Below are positions 1-10,879 of a stretch of 64,000 bases of DNA, piece after piece. The notes under the pieces were generated by a model that did no database searches, was not told the DNA's origin, and worked only from the letters and a program-made list of their open reading frames with translations. The position numbers and the translations under genes are program-made. How positions within the stretch are numbered: the first letter of the stretch is position 1; each line of letters begins with the position of its first letter. This DNA is from an uncultured Planctomycetaceae bacterium. Lineage in GTDB: Bacteria > Planctomycetota > Planctomycetia > Planctomycetales > Planctomycetaceae. Where the stretch lies: positions 320,001 through 384,000 of the forward strand of contig CAWFAK010000012.1 in the NCBI GenBank assembly GCA_963813715.1. Reading direction: 5' to 3'.

Positions 1-245
1 TGGCGAATCAAGGTTGGGTCGTGGTGGCCGCGTGGAAAGCGCCGACGCAGGCCGGCGACCGCAGCTTAGACGGTCAGATGGCCATCGTTCATCCCGATAG
101 CAGACCCGTGGAAGCGGTGGCCGACCGGGGACCGACGATCACGGTGGCGGGGCAGCAAAATCACGCCAACATCGCGCTCAAGGACAGCTTCCCTCAGCCG
201 GCCTGGGATCAGGTGATCTACATGGCGTGCCGGCCGCGCTGGTGA
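1..245 (+). CDS. Hypothetical protein, 3' end only (runs in from left of window)
   Basis: Frame open from position 3 to TGA 243-245 (ANQGWVVVAAWK...IYMACRPRW); codon usage matches neighbours; no family recognised. Confidence 0.55.
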   Translation, partial: ANQGWVVVAAWKAPTQAGDRSLDGQMAIVHPDSRPVEAVADRGPTITVAGQQNHANIALKDSFPQPAWDQVIYMACRPRW

Positions 246-291
246 CCGCGTTTGCTACGAGCGGCGTTGACGAACCAACATTCCGGGAATC

Positions 292-1342
292 TTGCTCAGC
301 GAGGACTTCGCCGTGCAGCCGAACAGAACACACGGGGCGGCATTTCTTGAGCGCCGGCGGTTATTGGGAGCTCTCGGATTGGCGGGGCTGGGGCTGATTT
401 CCGGAACCGTCGCCGAACAGTCGGCTCCCCGCGCTCGAGCCGACCAAGACAAGAAACGGCGGCCCAAGTACGACGTCAGTCCTCCGCCAGACGACCTGAA
501 CGACCTCAGCATGGAGGTTGCCGCTCTTCGCACGATGTACCTGCTCAAAGCCTCGCCCGATCAGGCCCCCGAGCTTCCCGACCGCAACCAGTTCAATGCC
601 ATTGCGCACCTGGCCACAGCGCCGAAACCGACTGCCGAGCCGCCGCGCGATCGGAATGAGGCCAAGGTCAGCAAGAACTATCGGAAGGTGCTGACCGACC
701 TGCGTGCGGCCTTCATCGTCAACCACGACGCGCGAATCCGCGAGCTCTCCGACCAGCTCGAGGAGCTCACCAAGGACGAGAAACCCGAGCTGGACGACGC
801 GGTCGAGATTACCGAACCGGCCCGCAACAATACGCATCGGCTGTTGTTGTACTACGACGCCAACCGCACCGTTCCCTACCTCGCGGCTTATGGTAAGGAG
901 TTTCCGGACCCCTTCTTCCTGATTCTGTCGTCGCTCGGGGCCGTGCCCAAGGGCAAGAAGCCGTCCGAGGACGAGTGGCCCGGAGTGCGGGAATTCGTCA
1001 TCAAAGAGGTCAGCTGGCAGGTGGGCGGCCTCAATCTCAAAAAGCAGCAACAAATCGCCGCGCAGGTGGCCGAATTCCTGGATGGCGCCTACAAGCTGAG
1101 CGAACCCGAACTGAAAAAAGGCGGCGCTGCCAGGGGGACGACTCAAAGGCCCCATCGGCAAGATCGTCAACGTCGCCGACTGCACCGACATTATCCGCAA
1201 CGTGCTACAGCAGGACCTGGCCGAGCTTCTCTCCAATCCGCAGGTGTTGCCGGCCTGGACCGCGCGCCGGGACTATCTGAGCACGATCGGTCATTGGAGC
1301 GACAACAAGAACGAAACTGGACGCGTCTGGTCACCGCAGTAG
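292..1342 (+). CDS. Hypothetical exported protein with Tat-like signal (frameshift at A-run ~1114-1119)
   Basis: N-terminus ERRRLLGALGLAGLGLI...ARA; removing one A from ctgaaaaaag continues KAALPGGRLKGPIGKIVNVADCTDIIRNVLQQDLAELLSNP to TAG 1340-1342. Confidence 0.65.
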
Positions 1343-1366
1343 CAACGCACAAGTGTGGAGACAACC

Positions 1367-1750
1367 ATGATTCGCGGCGTGCACACCATGTTCTATTCGT
1401 CGCAGCCCGACGAGTTCCGGGCGTTCCTGCGAGACAAGCTGGGCTTCACATCCTACACCGACGTGGGAGGCGGCTGGCTGATCTTCGACCTGCCCGAGGC
1501 CGACATGGGCTGCCACCCCGCCGAGCCGGAAAAGGGGGCACCCTCCGGCACGCCGAGCGTCTCCTTCTATTGCGACGACGTCCAGAAGACCGTCGCCGAG
1601 CTGACGGCGCGCGGCGTCGAGTTTGTCGACGCGGTGCAGGACATGGGCTACGGACTGGTCACGCACTTCCGCGCCCCGGGTGATTTCTTGATGCAGCTCT
1701 ACCAGCCCAAGTACGCCAAGGGGCCCGCCGCGCGGACCGCAAACCGCTGA
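1367..1750 (+). CDS. VOC/glyoxalase-bleomycin resistance family protein
   Basis: GVHTMFYS..RAFLRDKLGF, SFYCDDV, GVEF, DMGYG, QLYQPKY; GGAG RBS before ATG 1367. Confidence 0.85.
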   Translation: MIRGVHTMFYSSQPDEFRAFLRDKLGFTSYTDVGGGWLIFDLPEADMGCHPAEPEKGAPSGTPSVSFYCDDVQKTVAELTARGVEFVDAVQDMGYGLVTHFRAPGDFLMQLYQPKYAKGPAARTANR

Positions 1751-1786
1751 AGCGCCACACCCAACAAGAAAGGTGCCCTGCGTCCC

Positions 1787-2350
1787 ATGGTCCAGAGCAA
1801 AGCGACAAACGTCAAAGACTATCTTGCCGAGTTGCCCGAGGATCGGCGGGCCGCCATCCAGGCCGTGCGCGACGTGATCCTCAAGAATCTCGATACCGAC
1901 TTCGAGGAGGGCATCACCTACGGCATGATCGGCTATTACGTGCCGCACAGCCTCTATCCGCCCGGCTACCACTGCGATCCGCGTCAACCGCTGCCCTTCG
2001 CCAATTTGGCGTCGCAGAAGAACCACATGGCGCTGTATCTGATGTGCGTCTACGGCGATCAGGCTCAGCGGAAGCGCTTTGAGGCCGATTGGAAAAAAGC
2101 CGGCAAGAAGCTCGACATGGGAAAGTCATGCGTCCGCTTCAAAAAGGTCGACGATCTGGCTCTCGACGTGATCGGGGAGACGATTCGTCGCGTGAGCGCC
2201 CGCAAGTACATCGAGATCTGCGAGCGGGCCGTCACGTCGCGGCAGAAAGCCCCGGCCAAGAAGCCGGCCGCGGTTCGCAAAGCGGCCAAAGCTCCGAAGT
2301 CGACGAAAAAGTCAGCGCCAAAAAGATCGCCGCGGATGGCAAAGCGGTAA
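1787..2350 (+). CDS. DUF1801 domain protein with Lys/Ala/Pro-rich C-terminal tail
   Basis: YLAELPEDRR, EGITYGMIGYYVP, LASQKNHMALY, LDMGKSCVRFKK. Confidence 0.85.
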   Translation: MVQSKATNVKDYLAELPEDRRAAIQAVRDVILKNLDTDFEEGITYGMIGYYVPHSLYPPGYHCDPRQPLPFANLASQKNHMALYLMCVYGDQAQRKRFEADWKKAGKKLDMGKSCVRFKKVDDLALDVIGETIRRVSARKYIEICERAVTSRQKAPAKKPAAVRKAAKAPKSTKKSAPKRSPRMAKR

Positions 2351-2452
2351 GGCTCTCCCAGCGATCGTAACTCGCACGCAGTCCCGTCGGCTGGATCAAG
2401 GGAATGCCCGCATGGCAAAATAGTCGCGGCACCCTAAGATCCCGGAACACTG

Positions 2453-2969
2453 ATGGGCGAACTGCTGATTAACTGGTCGGCCCGCGTGGTGGTCTTGTTC
2501 TACCTCTTGCGGGTGGCGGCCGACGTTTTGATTGCCGATCCGGTTCGGCGCGACCGCTGGGCGAGGTGGGCCTGGACGGTAGGCTGCGCCGTTTATCTCG
2601 TGCACGTCGCGTTTGCGTTCCAGTTTCTGCATCACTGGAGCCACGCGGCCGCCGTCGAGCATGCGGCCCGCCGCACGCAGGAGGTCGTCGGCTTCGAGTT
2701 CGGGGCCGGCATCTATGTGAATTACGTGTTCACCGTGCTCTGGCTCGCCGACGTCGTTTGGTGGTGGCAGCGCGGGCGGGTGGGACGGTCGACGTCGCCC
2801 GCGTACTATTGGACGGTGCAGGCGATCTTCGCTTTCATGATGTTCAACGCGACGGTCGTGTTCGGCCCGACGTTCTGGAAATGGGTGGCGGCCGCAGCGA
2901 TCGCCGCGCATCATCACGCTGCGGCTCGTGCTGCCGCGAACTCCCGCACTGCAAATTCGCGAGTCCTAG
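2453..2969 (+). CDS. Hypothetical integral membrane protein (frameshift ~2909)
   Basis: About five hydrophobic segments, HHWSH motif, FMMFNATVVF; the alternative frame ends IITLRLVLPRTPALQIRES* at TAG 2967-2969. Confidence 0.7.
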
Positions 2970-2986
2970 CTCTTTCAAAACCCGTC

Positions 2987-3750
2987 ATGGAACTCGTCGA
3001 CGCCTACGCACACTGCGGCTTGTCGAAGTACGAGCCGATCGAACGGGTGCGTGCGACGATGGCGGCGGCCGGCGTGTCGCGAGCCGTCCTCGTCCAACAC
3101 CTGGGCGAGTTCGACAACTCCTACATCGGCTCGGTCGCCGCCAGTGATCCGGAACATTTTGCCGGCGTGCTGCTGGTTGACCACCAGAATGCTCAAGCCG
3201 CCGACGCGCTGAGTCACTGGGCCGCCTCGGAGCAGTTCCGCGGCTTGAGATTGCCGGCCGACGCCCTGCTCGACCGGCCGGTTCTGTTTTCGCTCGCGGG
3301 CGAACTGGGTCTGGTGATCGTGCTGTTTACCCCGCTGGGAATTCGCTCCGAGTCTGGCTCCACTCGTTCAGCAGCTCGAAAACGCTCCCTTCACTCGCGT
3401 CGTCGTCAGCCACTTGGGCAATCCGCGCGTGCACGGTGCGACAAGTGGACGAGGCAGCCGCGGACGTGCTTGAGCTGGCGCGATTTGCCAATGTCTACGT
3501 GCAGCTTTCCGGGATGAAGATGTCCTGTCCGCCTCCGCACGCCCCGCTCCATCCCCTGATCGAGCGAGTCGTCGCTGCCTTCGGCGCGAGCCGCATCGTG
3601 TGGGGCTCGAACTATCCCGTGGTCGGATCGCAGGACGACTACATTGCCGACCTCCGATTGCTGCTGGATGGCCGATTGCCGGTGCCGCGCGAGGCGATCC
3701 CGCAAATCGCCGGAGAGAATGCGCGGCGGCTTTGGTTTAACCGCGCCTGA
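2987..3750 (+). CDS. Amidohydrolase_2 family protein, sugar-lactonase-like (frameshifts ~3352, ~3438)
   Basis: VDAYAH, GVSRAVLVQ, FRGLR, VVVSHLGNP (alternate frame), NVYVQLSG, FGASRIVWGSNYP, ENARRLW. Confidence 0.8.
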
Positions 3751-3893
3751 AAGCGACGGCACACCGCTCAGGCTTGACAGTTGCGGCGGGAACTCGGACT
3801 TTGAGTTTGCACACCGCAGGTTTCCCGCCATCGTAGAACACGCGCCGATGCAGAACCCGCCGGCTGACACCGGCGGCTCGCCTGGTCTGCTGC

Positions 3894-6800
3894 ATGTCGA
3901 TGCTCTTCTCCCTGAACCTCAGCCGCAGGATTGGAGGTCGCGTGATTGTCGCGATTTTCAGCCTATTCATCGGCAATTCCTTCGTTGCCGCGCAAGGGTA
4001 CGCGCCCGAGGTCGCCGCTTCGAAGATGACTCCCGCGCCCGGGTTCGCCGTTGACCTGGTGGCCGCTGAGCCGCACGTGCGGCAGCCCGTCTGCATCGAG
4101 TTCGACGATCGCGGCCGGCTGTGGGTCGTGCAGTATCTGCAGTATCCGAACCCGGCCGGACTGAAGCGGGTGAAGGTCGACCGCTATTCGCGGACCGTTT
4201 ACGACCGCGTCCCCGAGCCGCCGCCGCGGGGACCGAAAGGCGCCGACCGCATCACGATTCTCGAAGACACGAACGGCGACGGCCGCATTGACCGCTCGCG
4301 CGACTTCGTCAGCGGCCTCAATCTCACGACGGGCATCGCCTTCGGTTACGGCGGCGTGTTCGTGCTCAACGTCCCCTATCTCCTCTTCTATCCCGATCGG
4401 AATCACGACGACGTGCCCGACGGCGATCCGGAAGTCCTGCTCTCCGGCTTCGGCATGGAAGACACCAGCTCGCTGGCCAACTCGCTCACCTGGGGGCCGG
4501 ACGGCTGGCTCTATGGCACGCAGGGGACGAACATTACCGCGCACATTCGCGGCATCGACTTCGAGCAGGGCGTGTGGCGCTATCATCCCGTCACGCACGA
4601 GTTCGAGCTGTTTTGCGAAGGCGGCGGCAACTCCTGGGGACTCGACTTCGACGAGAATGGCCAGCTCTTCTTCAGCACCAACTATGGCGGCTACGTGATG
4701 GTGCACGGCCTTCAGGGAGCCTACTACGTCAAACAGTTTCAGAAGCACGGCGAATTGCATAATCCGTACGCCTTCGGATTTTTCGAGCACGTGCCGCATC
4801 AGAATTTTCAGGGCGGCCACGTCACCGTCGGCGGGATCGTCTATCAAGAAGGGCTGTTCCCGTCCCAATTTCGCGGCACGTACATCGGGGCCGATCTGTT
4901 GGGTCACGGAGTCAACTGGCACACGATCAGCCGCGACGGCTCGACTGTGCGGACGGCCCACGGCGGAAAACTGCTGACGGCCAACGATGCGTGGTTTGCC
5001 CCCAGCGACGTCACGACCGGGCCGGACGGCGCGGTCTATGTCGCCGACTGGTTCGACAAGCGCACAGCCCACCCCGATCCGGACGCCGATTGGGATAAGT
5101 CGAACGGCCGCATCTATCGCATTCGCCCCGCCGATCGCCCGATCAGCTCCCTGCGACGCGAAACGGAATTTGGCGTCGCCGCACGCGAGCCCTCTCGCGA
5201 AACGTTGATCGACAGCTTGTTGCACGGCGACGGCTGGCATTCGCGGCGGGCCTTGCGGATGCTGGCCGAGCGGCGCGACGCCCGGGCCGGCGACGCGCTC
5301 CGCCCACACCTGATCGCCGGCGGCGATGCCAACAATTCGCTCGTCGCGCTGCGGAGCCTGTGGGGAATTTACGCCAGCGGCACGTTCGATGAATCGCTGG
5401 CGTTGCGGCTCCTCGACCATCCCGCGGAAGCCGTTCGCGCGTGGACCGTGCGCTTCCTGGGCGATCAACACAACGTCAGCGACCGCGTCGACCAGGGATT
5501 GCGGCGATTGGCGGAGAGCGAGAGAAGTCCCGTCGTGCTCGCGCAGCTGGCCTGCTCGGTCAAGCGTCTGCCGGCGGAATGCTGCCTGAGGATCGCCCGT
5601 CAGATCGCCGAGAATCCGGTAAGCGCGAACGACCACTGCATTCCCCTGCTCGTGTGGTGGGCAGTCGAGAATCAGGCGACCGTCGTCCGCGAATCGGTTC
5701 TCCAAACCTTCGCCTCGCGGTCCGCCTGGAGTGTGCCGCTGATTCGCGACGTGGTCGTCGGCCGGCTGCTCAAACGGTACGCCGCCGAGGGGACGCCGGC
5801 AGGATTTCGCGCCGCGGCGCAGATCTTCGCCTCGGCCCCTACCGCGGCCGACCGCACAAAACTGCTCGCGGATCTCGACGAAGGCCTGGAGCTAATCGGC
5901 ACTCCGACCGCCAAGCATGCGTCGCTCGGCGCCTACTACGACCGCTTCGCCGTGGTCGCTCGCGAAGGTAAGCACGAGGCTCGCCGCTTTGGGAGTTGTC
6001 CGCCAGAGCTAGAACCCGTTCTAGCCGCGCTTACGAGTGACCGCTCAACCGACCCGCTCGTGCTCCGCGTGGCCTGTCGCCTGGGAAGCCGCGAGGCCTA
6101 CGAACGGGTCATGACGCTGCTCGGAAGTTCGAGCACGCCCTCAGCCACACGGAAAGAACTGCTGGCGATCGTCGGCGAGTTTGGCGAGGCGAAGAACGTT
6201 GGGACAGTGTTGGCAATCGTCCGCGATGCTCACGATGACGGGTTGCGACTGGCGGCCCTCGCGACGCTCTCGCATTTTGACTTGCCACAGATTGCCGACG
6301 CAGTCCTGGCCGAATACCCGCGGATGACGCCCGCGTTGCGGACGGCCGCCCGCAGCCTGCTCTTCGGCCGTCGCGAGTGGGCTAGGAAGCTGTTGGCTCA
6401 GATTGAGGGCGGCACGATTCGCCCCGCGGACGTGCCCACCGAAGAACTCCGGCCCGTCGCGCTCTATCACGATGAACAGCTCGATGACCAGGTGCAGAAG
6501 CTGTGGGGCAGCGTTCGGGCGGGCACCACTGAGGAAAAGCTGGCTGACATCCGCCGCCTGTCGAACGATCTGCGGGCCGCCCCCGGCAAACCGAGTGCGG
6601 GGCACGAGCTGTTTAAGAAGCACTGCGCCACCTGCCACATGCTATTCGGCGAGGGGACGAAACTTGGACCTGACCTCACCACGGCCAATCGCCACGACCG
6701 CGAATTTCTGCTGGTGAGTGTCGTCGACCCCTCGGTGCAGGTGCGGAAGGAATACTTGGTCTACGCCGTCGAAACGCACGACGGCCGGGTCGTCACCGGC

Positions 6801-6983
6801 TGCATCGCCGAGCAGAATGCATCGAACCTCACGCTGGTCGGTCCCAAGAACGACCGCACGACGATCCGCCGCAGCGAGATCCTCGAGATGAAAGCCATGG
6901 CGAACTCGCTGATGCCGGAGAAGCTGCTCGACCCTCTCAAACCGCAAGAAGTCCGCGACCTGTTCGCGTATTTGCAGCAATAG
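3894..6983 (+). CDS. PVC-type membrane-bound dehydrogenase domain protein with C-terminal c-type haem (CxxCH) domain
   Basis: Signal peptide, FDDRGRLWV, DRITILEDTNGDG, GPDGWLYG, GPDGAVYVADW, HEAT-like middle, HCATCH, GPDLT, SLMPE, RDLFAYL. Confidence 0.9.
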   Translation: MSMLFSLNLSRRIGGRVIVAIFSLFIGNSFVAAQGYAPEVAASKMTPAPGFAVDLVAAEPHVRQPVCIEFDDRGRLWVVQYLQYPNPAGLKRVKVDRYSRTVYDRVPEPPPRGPKGADRITILEDTNGDGRIDRSRDFVSGLNLTTGIAFGYGGVFVLNVPYLLFYPDRNHDDVPDGDPEVLLSGFGMEDTSSLANSLTWGPDGWLYGTQGTNITAHIRGIDFEQGVWRYHPVTHEFELFCEGGGNSWGLDFDENGQLFFSTNYGGYVMVHGLQGAYYVKQFQKHGELHNPYAFGFFEHVPHQNFQGGHVTVGGIVYQEGLFPSQFRGTYIGADLLGHGVNWHTISRDGSTVRTAHGGKLLTANDAWFAPSDVTTGPDGAVYVADWFDKRTAHPDPDADWDKSNGRIYRIRPADRPISSLRRETEFGVAAREPSRETLIDSLLHGDGWHSRRALRMLAERRDARAGDALRPHLIAGGDANNSLVALRSLWGIYASGTFDESLALRLLDHPAEAVRAWTVRFLGDQHNVSDRVDQGLRRLAESERSPVVLAQLACSVKRLPAECCLRIARQIAENPVSANDHCIPLLVWWAVENQATVVRESVLQTFASRSAWSVPLIRDVVVGRLLKRYAAEGTPAGFRAAAQIFASAPTAADRTKLLADLDEGLELIGTPTAKHASLGAYYDRFAVVAREGKHEARRFGSCPPELEPVLAALTSDRSTDPLVLRVACRLGSREAYERVMTLLGSSSTPSATRKELLAIVGEFGEAKNVGTVLAIVRDAHDDGLRLAALATLSHFDLPQIADAVLAEYPRMTPALRTAARSLLFGRREWARKLLAQIEGGTIRPADVPTEELRPVALYHDEQLDDQVQKLWGSVRAGTTEEKLADIRRLSNDLRAAPGKPSAGHELFKKHCATCHMLFGEGTKLGPDLTTANRHDREFLLVSVVDPSVQVRKEYLVYAVETHDGRVVTGCIAEQNASNLTLVGPKNDRTTIRRSEILEMKAMANSLMPEKLLDPLKPQEVRDLFAYLQQ

Positions 6984-7143
6984 TCGAGTGCCCGCCCCGC
7001 CTGCACGGAGCGATCGGCCGACGGGCTGCGTGCCGGGACCGTGCGTCCCTTGTCGCGTTCGCTAGAATTGCATCGCGAGATGTAGGCCCGCGGGGCGAAC
7101 TCCGCATCTCTGCAGCATCGACAGCTTCACAGGGACGCTAACC

Positions 7144-8688
7144 ATGCACGAAGCGATTCTCGAGCGTTTGGGAGTGGTCTCTTCCGCGACCAAAGCACAG
7201 GGCATTTTGTCGGGCGTCAAGGCGAGCGGTGCTCGCATCGAAGCCACCGGGCCGGAGCTGGTCTCGCTCAACCCGTCGACGGGCGAACCGCTCGCGCGCA
7301 TCCGCACCGCCTCGCGCGGCGAATACGAGGCGGTCGTGGCCGCCGCGCAGGAAACCTTTATCCGTTGGCGGACTGTTCCCGCGCCCAAGCGGGGCGAGCT
7401 GGTCCGCGCGATCGGTGAGCGGCTGCGAGCCCACAAAGCCGATCTCGGTCTGCTCGTCACGCTCGAGATGGGCAAGATTCGCGCGGAAGGCGAAGGCGAA
7501 GTCCAGGAAATGATCGACATGTGCGACTTCGCCGTCGGCCTGTCGCGGCAGCTGTACGGACTGACGATGCCCAGCGAACGGCCGCAGCACCGGCTGTTCG
7601 AGCAGTGGCATCCGCTCGGGCCGGTCGGCGTGATCACTGCGTTCAACTTTCCGGTCGCCGTCTGGGCCTGGAACGCCATGCTGGCCGCCGTTTGCGGCGA
7701 CACGGTCATCTGGAAACCGTCGCCGCATACGCCGCTCTGCGCGCTGGCCGTGCAGAAGATCGTGACGGAAGTTGCCAAGGAGGCCGGCTTCGAGGGGCTC
7801 TTTTCACTCTGCACGACGGCCGGCGTTGAAGGGGGACAGTGGATGGCCGACGATCGCCGCCTGCCGCTCGTCTCGGCCACTGGCAGCTGCGCGATGGGCC
7901 GCGCACTCGGTCCGCGGATCGCCGCCCGCTTGGGCCGCTCACTGTTGGAGTTGGGGGGCAACAACGGCATCATCGTCGCCCCGAGCGCGAACCTGGACCT
8001 GGCCTTGCGGGCCGCGGCTTTTGCGTCGCTGGGCACCACCGGCCAACGGTGCACGTCGCTGCGACGGTTATTCGTGCACGAGTCGGTCGTTGAGAAACTG
8101 CTCGCGCGACTGGTCCCCGTGTTCAAGAGCGTCCGCATCGGCAATCCCTGGGAAGACGGCGTGTTGATGGGCCCGCTCGTCAGCGAGGCGGCCGTGGACA
8201 TGATGCAGCGGGCTCTCGAAGCGGCCCGCGCTCAGGGGGGCGAAATCGTGTGCGGCGGCAAACGGGTCAATCGTCCGGGCTTCTTTGTCGAGCCGGCCCT
8301 CGTCCGCGCCCGACCCGAGATGCCCATCGTTGCGGAAGAGACGTTCGCCCCGATTCTGTACGTGATGACCTACACCGACTTCGACCAGGTCGTCGCCGCC
8401 CACAACGGCGTTTCGCAAGGCCTCTCGTCGGCCGTCTTCACCGATCGGCTGACCGAGGCCGAACAATTCCTCTCGGCAGCCGGCAGCGATTGCGGCATCG
8501 CCAACGTCAACATTGGCACTTCGGGGGCCGAAATCGGCGGAGCCTTCGGCGGCGAAAAGGACACCGGCGGCGGACGCGAGTCGGGCTCCGACTCCTGGAA
8601 AGCTTACATGCGGCGGCAAACGTGCACTGTGAACTGGGGCAAGGATCTGCCGCTGGCGCAAGGGATCGAGTTCCCGGTGGGCGAGTAG
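7144..8688 (+). CDS. Aldehyde dehydrogenase, ALDH7 / piperideine-6-carboxylate dehydrogenase-like
   Basis: [63 protein letters not shown]. Confidence 0.93.
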   Translation: MHEAILERLGVVSSATKAQGILSGVKASGARIEATGPELVSLNPSTGEPLARIRTASRGEYEAVVAAAQETFIRWRTVPAPKRGELVRAIGERLRAHKADLGLLVTLEMGKIRAEGEGEVQEMIDMCDFAVGLSRQLYGLTMPSERPQHRLFEQWHPLGPVGVITAFNFPVAVWAWNAMLAAVCGDTVIWKPSPHTPLCALAVQKIVTEVAKEAGFEGLFSLCTTAGVEGGQWMADDRRLPLVSATGSCAMGRALGPRIAARLGRSLLELGGNNGIIVAPSANLDLALRAAAFASLGTTGQRCTSLRRLFVHESVVEKLLARLVPVFKSVRIGNPWEDGVLMGPLVSEAAVDMMQRALEAARAQGGEIVCGGKRVNRPGFFVEPALVRARPEMPIVAEETFAPILYVMTYTDFDQVVAAHNGVSQGLSSAVFTDRLTEAEQFLSAAGSDCGIANVNIGTSGAEIGGAFGGEKDTGGGRESGSDSWKAYMRRQTCTVNWGKDLPLAQGIEFPVGE

Positions 8689-8722
8689 CGAGCCGCGCGA
8701 CGCGTCCTTAGAATCGCCGCCT

Positions 8723-9706
8723 ATGAAGTACGACGTCTATGGCGTGGGCAATTCGCTCGTTGACATTCAGGCCCAGGTGAGCGAGGCGACGGTCGCCGCG
8801 CTCGGCTTCCCCAAGGGGTCGATGACGCTCGTCGACGAGGCGGCGCAGACCAAGGTCCTGGGCAGCGTGGCCGGCGTGCCCTTTCATCGCTGCGCCGGCG
8901 GCTCGGCGGCCAATACGATCCTGGGGATCGCCGATTTCGGGGGGAAGACAGCGTACGCCGGCAAGACGGCCGACGACGAACTGGGCCGGTTCTTCCTCGA
9001 GGACATGCGGCGGATGGGCGTGTCGATCGAGGTGCCGCCAGCCGCCGGGCAGACGGGAACCTGCGTCATCTTGATTACGCCCAACGCGCAGCGAACGATG
9101 CTCACGCACCTGGGCGTGTCGGCCACGCTCGGGCCCGACGATATCGACGGCAACCAGATCGCCCAGTCGAAGTACGTTTATGTCGAGGGCTACCTCTTCG
9201 CCGGCCCGAGCACGCGGGATGCGGCCCTCTTGGCGATCGCCCAGGCCAAGGCGGCCGGCGTGAAAGTGGCCTTCACGATCTCCGATCCCTTCCTGATTGC
9301 CGGCTATCGGGACGAATTCTGGGAGTTGATCCGCGGCCCCGTCGACTTGCTGTTTTGCAATCTGGACGAGGCCCGCAGCCTCACCGGGCTGACCGACGCG
9401 GTCGACTGTGCCCGAGAAATCCATCGCCACGCGGAAAATGTGGCCCTCACGCTGGGCGCCAATGGCTCGATCGTGATGCATCAGGGCGACGTGTTGCCGA
9501 TCGAAGGGGTGGAAGTCGAAGCCATCGACACGACCGGGGCCGGCGACATGTACGCCGCCGGGCTGCTCTATGGCATCACCAACGGGCTGACGTGGCGTTC
9601 GGCGGGTCGGCTGGCCTCCCACGCCGCCGCCCGCATCGTCGCGCAGCTCGGCGCCCGCTTGAAGCGGCCGTTCACCGCCGCCGAAATCGCCGACCTGGTG
9701 ATGTAA
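8723..9706 (+). CDS. PfkB-family carbohydrate kinase, adenosine kinase-like
   Basis: [40 protein letters not shown]. Confidence 0.9.
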   Translation: MKYDVYGVGNSLVDIQAQVSEATVAALGFPKGSMTLVDEAAQTKVLGSVAGVPFHRCAGGSAANTILGIADFGGKTAYAGKTADDELGRFFLEDMRRMGVSIEVPPAAGQTGTCVILITPNAQRTMLTHLGVSATLGPDDIDGNQIAQSKYVYVEGYLFAGPSTRDAALLAIAQAKAAGVKVAFTISDPFLIAGYRDEFWELIRGPVDLLFCNLDEARSLTGLTDAVDCAREIHRHAENVALTLGANGSIVMHQGDVLPIEGVEVEAIDTTGAGDMYAAGLLYGITNGLTWRSAGRLASHAAARIVAQLGARLKRPFTAAEIADLVM

Positions 9707-9788
9707 ACGCGTTCCCGCCGGCTTTCCGCGGCTGCCAACACTTTGCTTGAGCCAGCGAACCTTCAGCGACGAGTTCAAAGTCGGCCGG

Positions 9789-9818
9789 TTGGAGGGATCC
9801 GCGAGCGCCCGATAGAAT
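9789..9818 (+). promoter_or_regulatory. Putative sigma-70 promoter TTGGAG-N18-TAGAAT
   Basis: Lies upstream of the AGGAGG RBS (9845-9850) and TTG start at 9857. Confidence 0.4.
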
Positions 9819-9856
9819 CAGAGCGTCCCTTTTGCCCAGCCTTCAGGAGGAAAGCG

Positions 9857-10822
9857 TTGCCAGCCACTCGTTCCATCGCAGGCGGCGTTTCGCGCGGACG
9901 CTGGCTGATCGTCGGCATGGTGTTGGCCGTCGCGTCCAGTGTTGAGAGTGCGTCGGCCGCAGGACCGGGGCTCGATGCGGCACGCGCCTACGGCTACTTG
10001 CAGAAGATTTGTCGGATCGGACCACGGCCCAGCGGCAGCCGCGGGATGGCGGAACAACAGTCGTTGATTGCCGAACACTTCAGTCGGCTCGGCGCGCAGG
10101 TGAGTTATCAGCCGTTCGACGCGGCCGATCCGGTCAGCGGCCAGCCCGTGCGGATGTCGAACCTGATCGTCACCTGGAACCCCAAAGCGACCGAGCGGGT
10201 CTTCATCGCTTGCCATTACGACACGCGGCCGTTTCCCGATCGCGATCGGCGCAATCCGCGCGGCGTATTCCTCGGGGCCAACGACGGAGCCAGCGGTGTC
10301 GCCCTGTTGATGGAACTCGGCAACCACATGCAGGACCTGCATCCGTCCCGCGGCGTCGATTTCATCTTTTTCGACGGCGAGGAACTGGTCTACCAGACTA
10401 CGGGGCGATACTTTCTCGGCTCGACTTACTTCGCCACGCAATATCGGGACGCTCCGCCTCCCCATCGTTACGCGGCCGGCGTGTTGATCGACATGATCGG
10501 CGACAAAGACCTCGACATCTTTCCGGAAAAGACGAGCGTGCGCCTGGCTCCTGGAGTGACCCGAAGCGTGTGGGCGGCGGCCAAAAGCCTGAAACAGCGC
10601 GAGTTTCATCCGACGCCCCGGCACGAGATTAGCGACGATCACGTGCCGCTCAACGAAATCGCCCACATCCCCACGTGCGACGTGATCGACTTCGACTATC
10701 CGTACTGGCACACGGCGCAGGACGTGGCGAGCCGTTGCTCGGGCGAAAGTCTCGTGAAAGTGGGCCGGGTGCTCGCCCGCTGGCTGACGTTGCCTCCGGA
10801 AGAACAGTCTCCGATTCAGTAG
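9857..10822 (+). CDS. M28-family protein, type II (animal-like) glutaminyl-peptide cyclotransferase-like, exported
   Basis: ACHYDTRP, GANDGASG, FFDGEE, LIDMIG, SDDH, YPYWHT; signal peptide; AGGAGG 6 nt before in-frame TTG 9857. Confidence 0.8.
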   Translation: MPATRSIAGGVSRGRWLIVGMVLAVASSVESASAAGPGLDAARAYGYLQKICRIGPRPSGSRGMAEQQSLIAEHFSRLGAQVSYQPFDAADPVSGQPVRMSNLIVTWNPKATERVFIACHYDTRPFPDRDRRNPRGVFLGANDGASGVALLMELGNHMQDLHPSRGVDFIFFDGEELVYQTTGRYFLGSTYFATQYRDAPPPHRYAAGVLIDMIGDKDLDIFPEKTSVRLAPGVTRSVWAAAKSLKQREFHPTPRHEISDDHVPLNEIAHIPTCDVIDFDYPYWHTAQDVASRCSGESLVKVGRVLARWLTLPPEEQSPIQ

Positions 10823-10879
10823 CAGTCTCCGCTGCGGTCATGGGCACAGCTTGCGGGCACAGGCGTTTGGCAGGGAAAT

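Noticed and set aside
292..1683. 463-aa ORF overlapping the VOC gene
   Set aside because: The Arg-rich tail is off-frame after the A-run; the corrected gene ends at 1342.
2453..3517. Apparent membrane protein-amidohydrolase fusion ORF
   Set aside because: An indel near 2909 bypasses the TAG at 2967; the amidohydrolase has its own ATG at 2987.
3963..5705. Long antisense and alternate-frame ORFs (also 11283-13163, 18020-19660, 58481-60124 and others)
   Set aside because: Shadow ORFs typical of high-GC DNA, with no recognisable motifs and fully overlapping well-supported genes.
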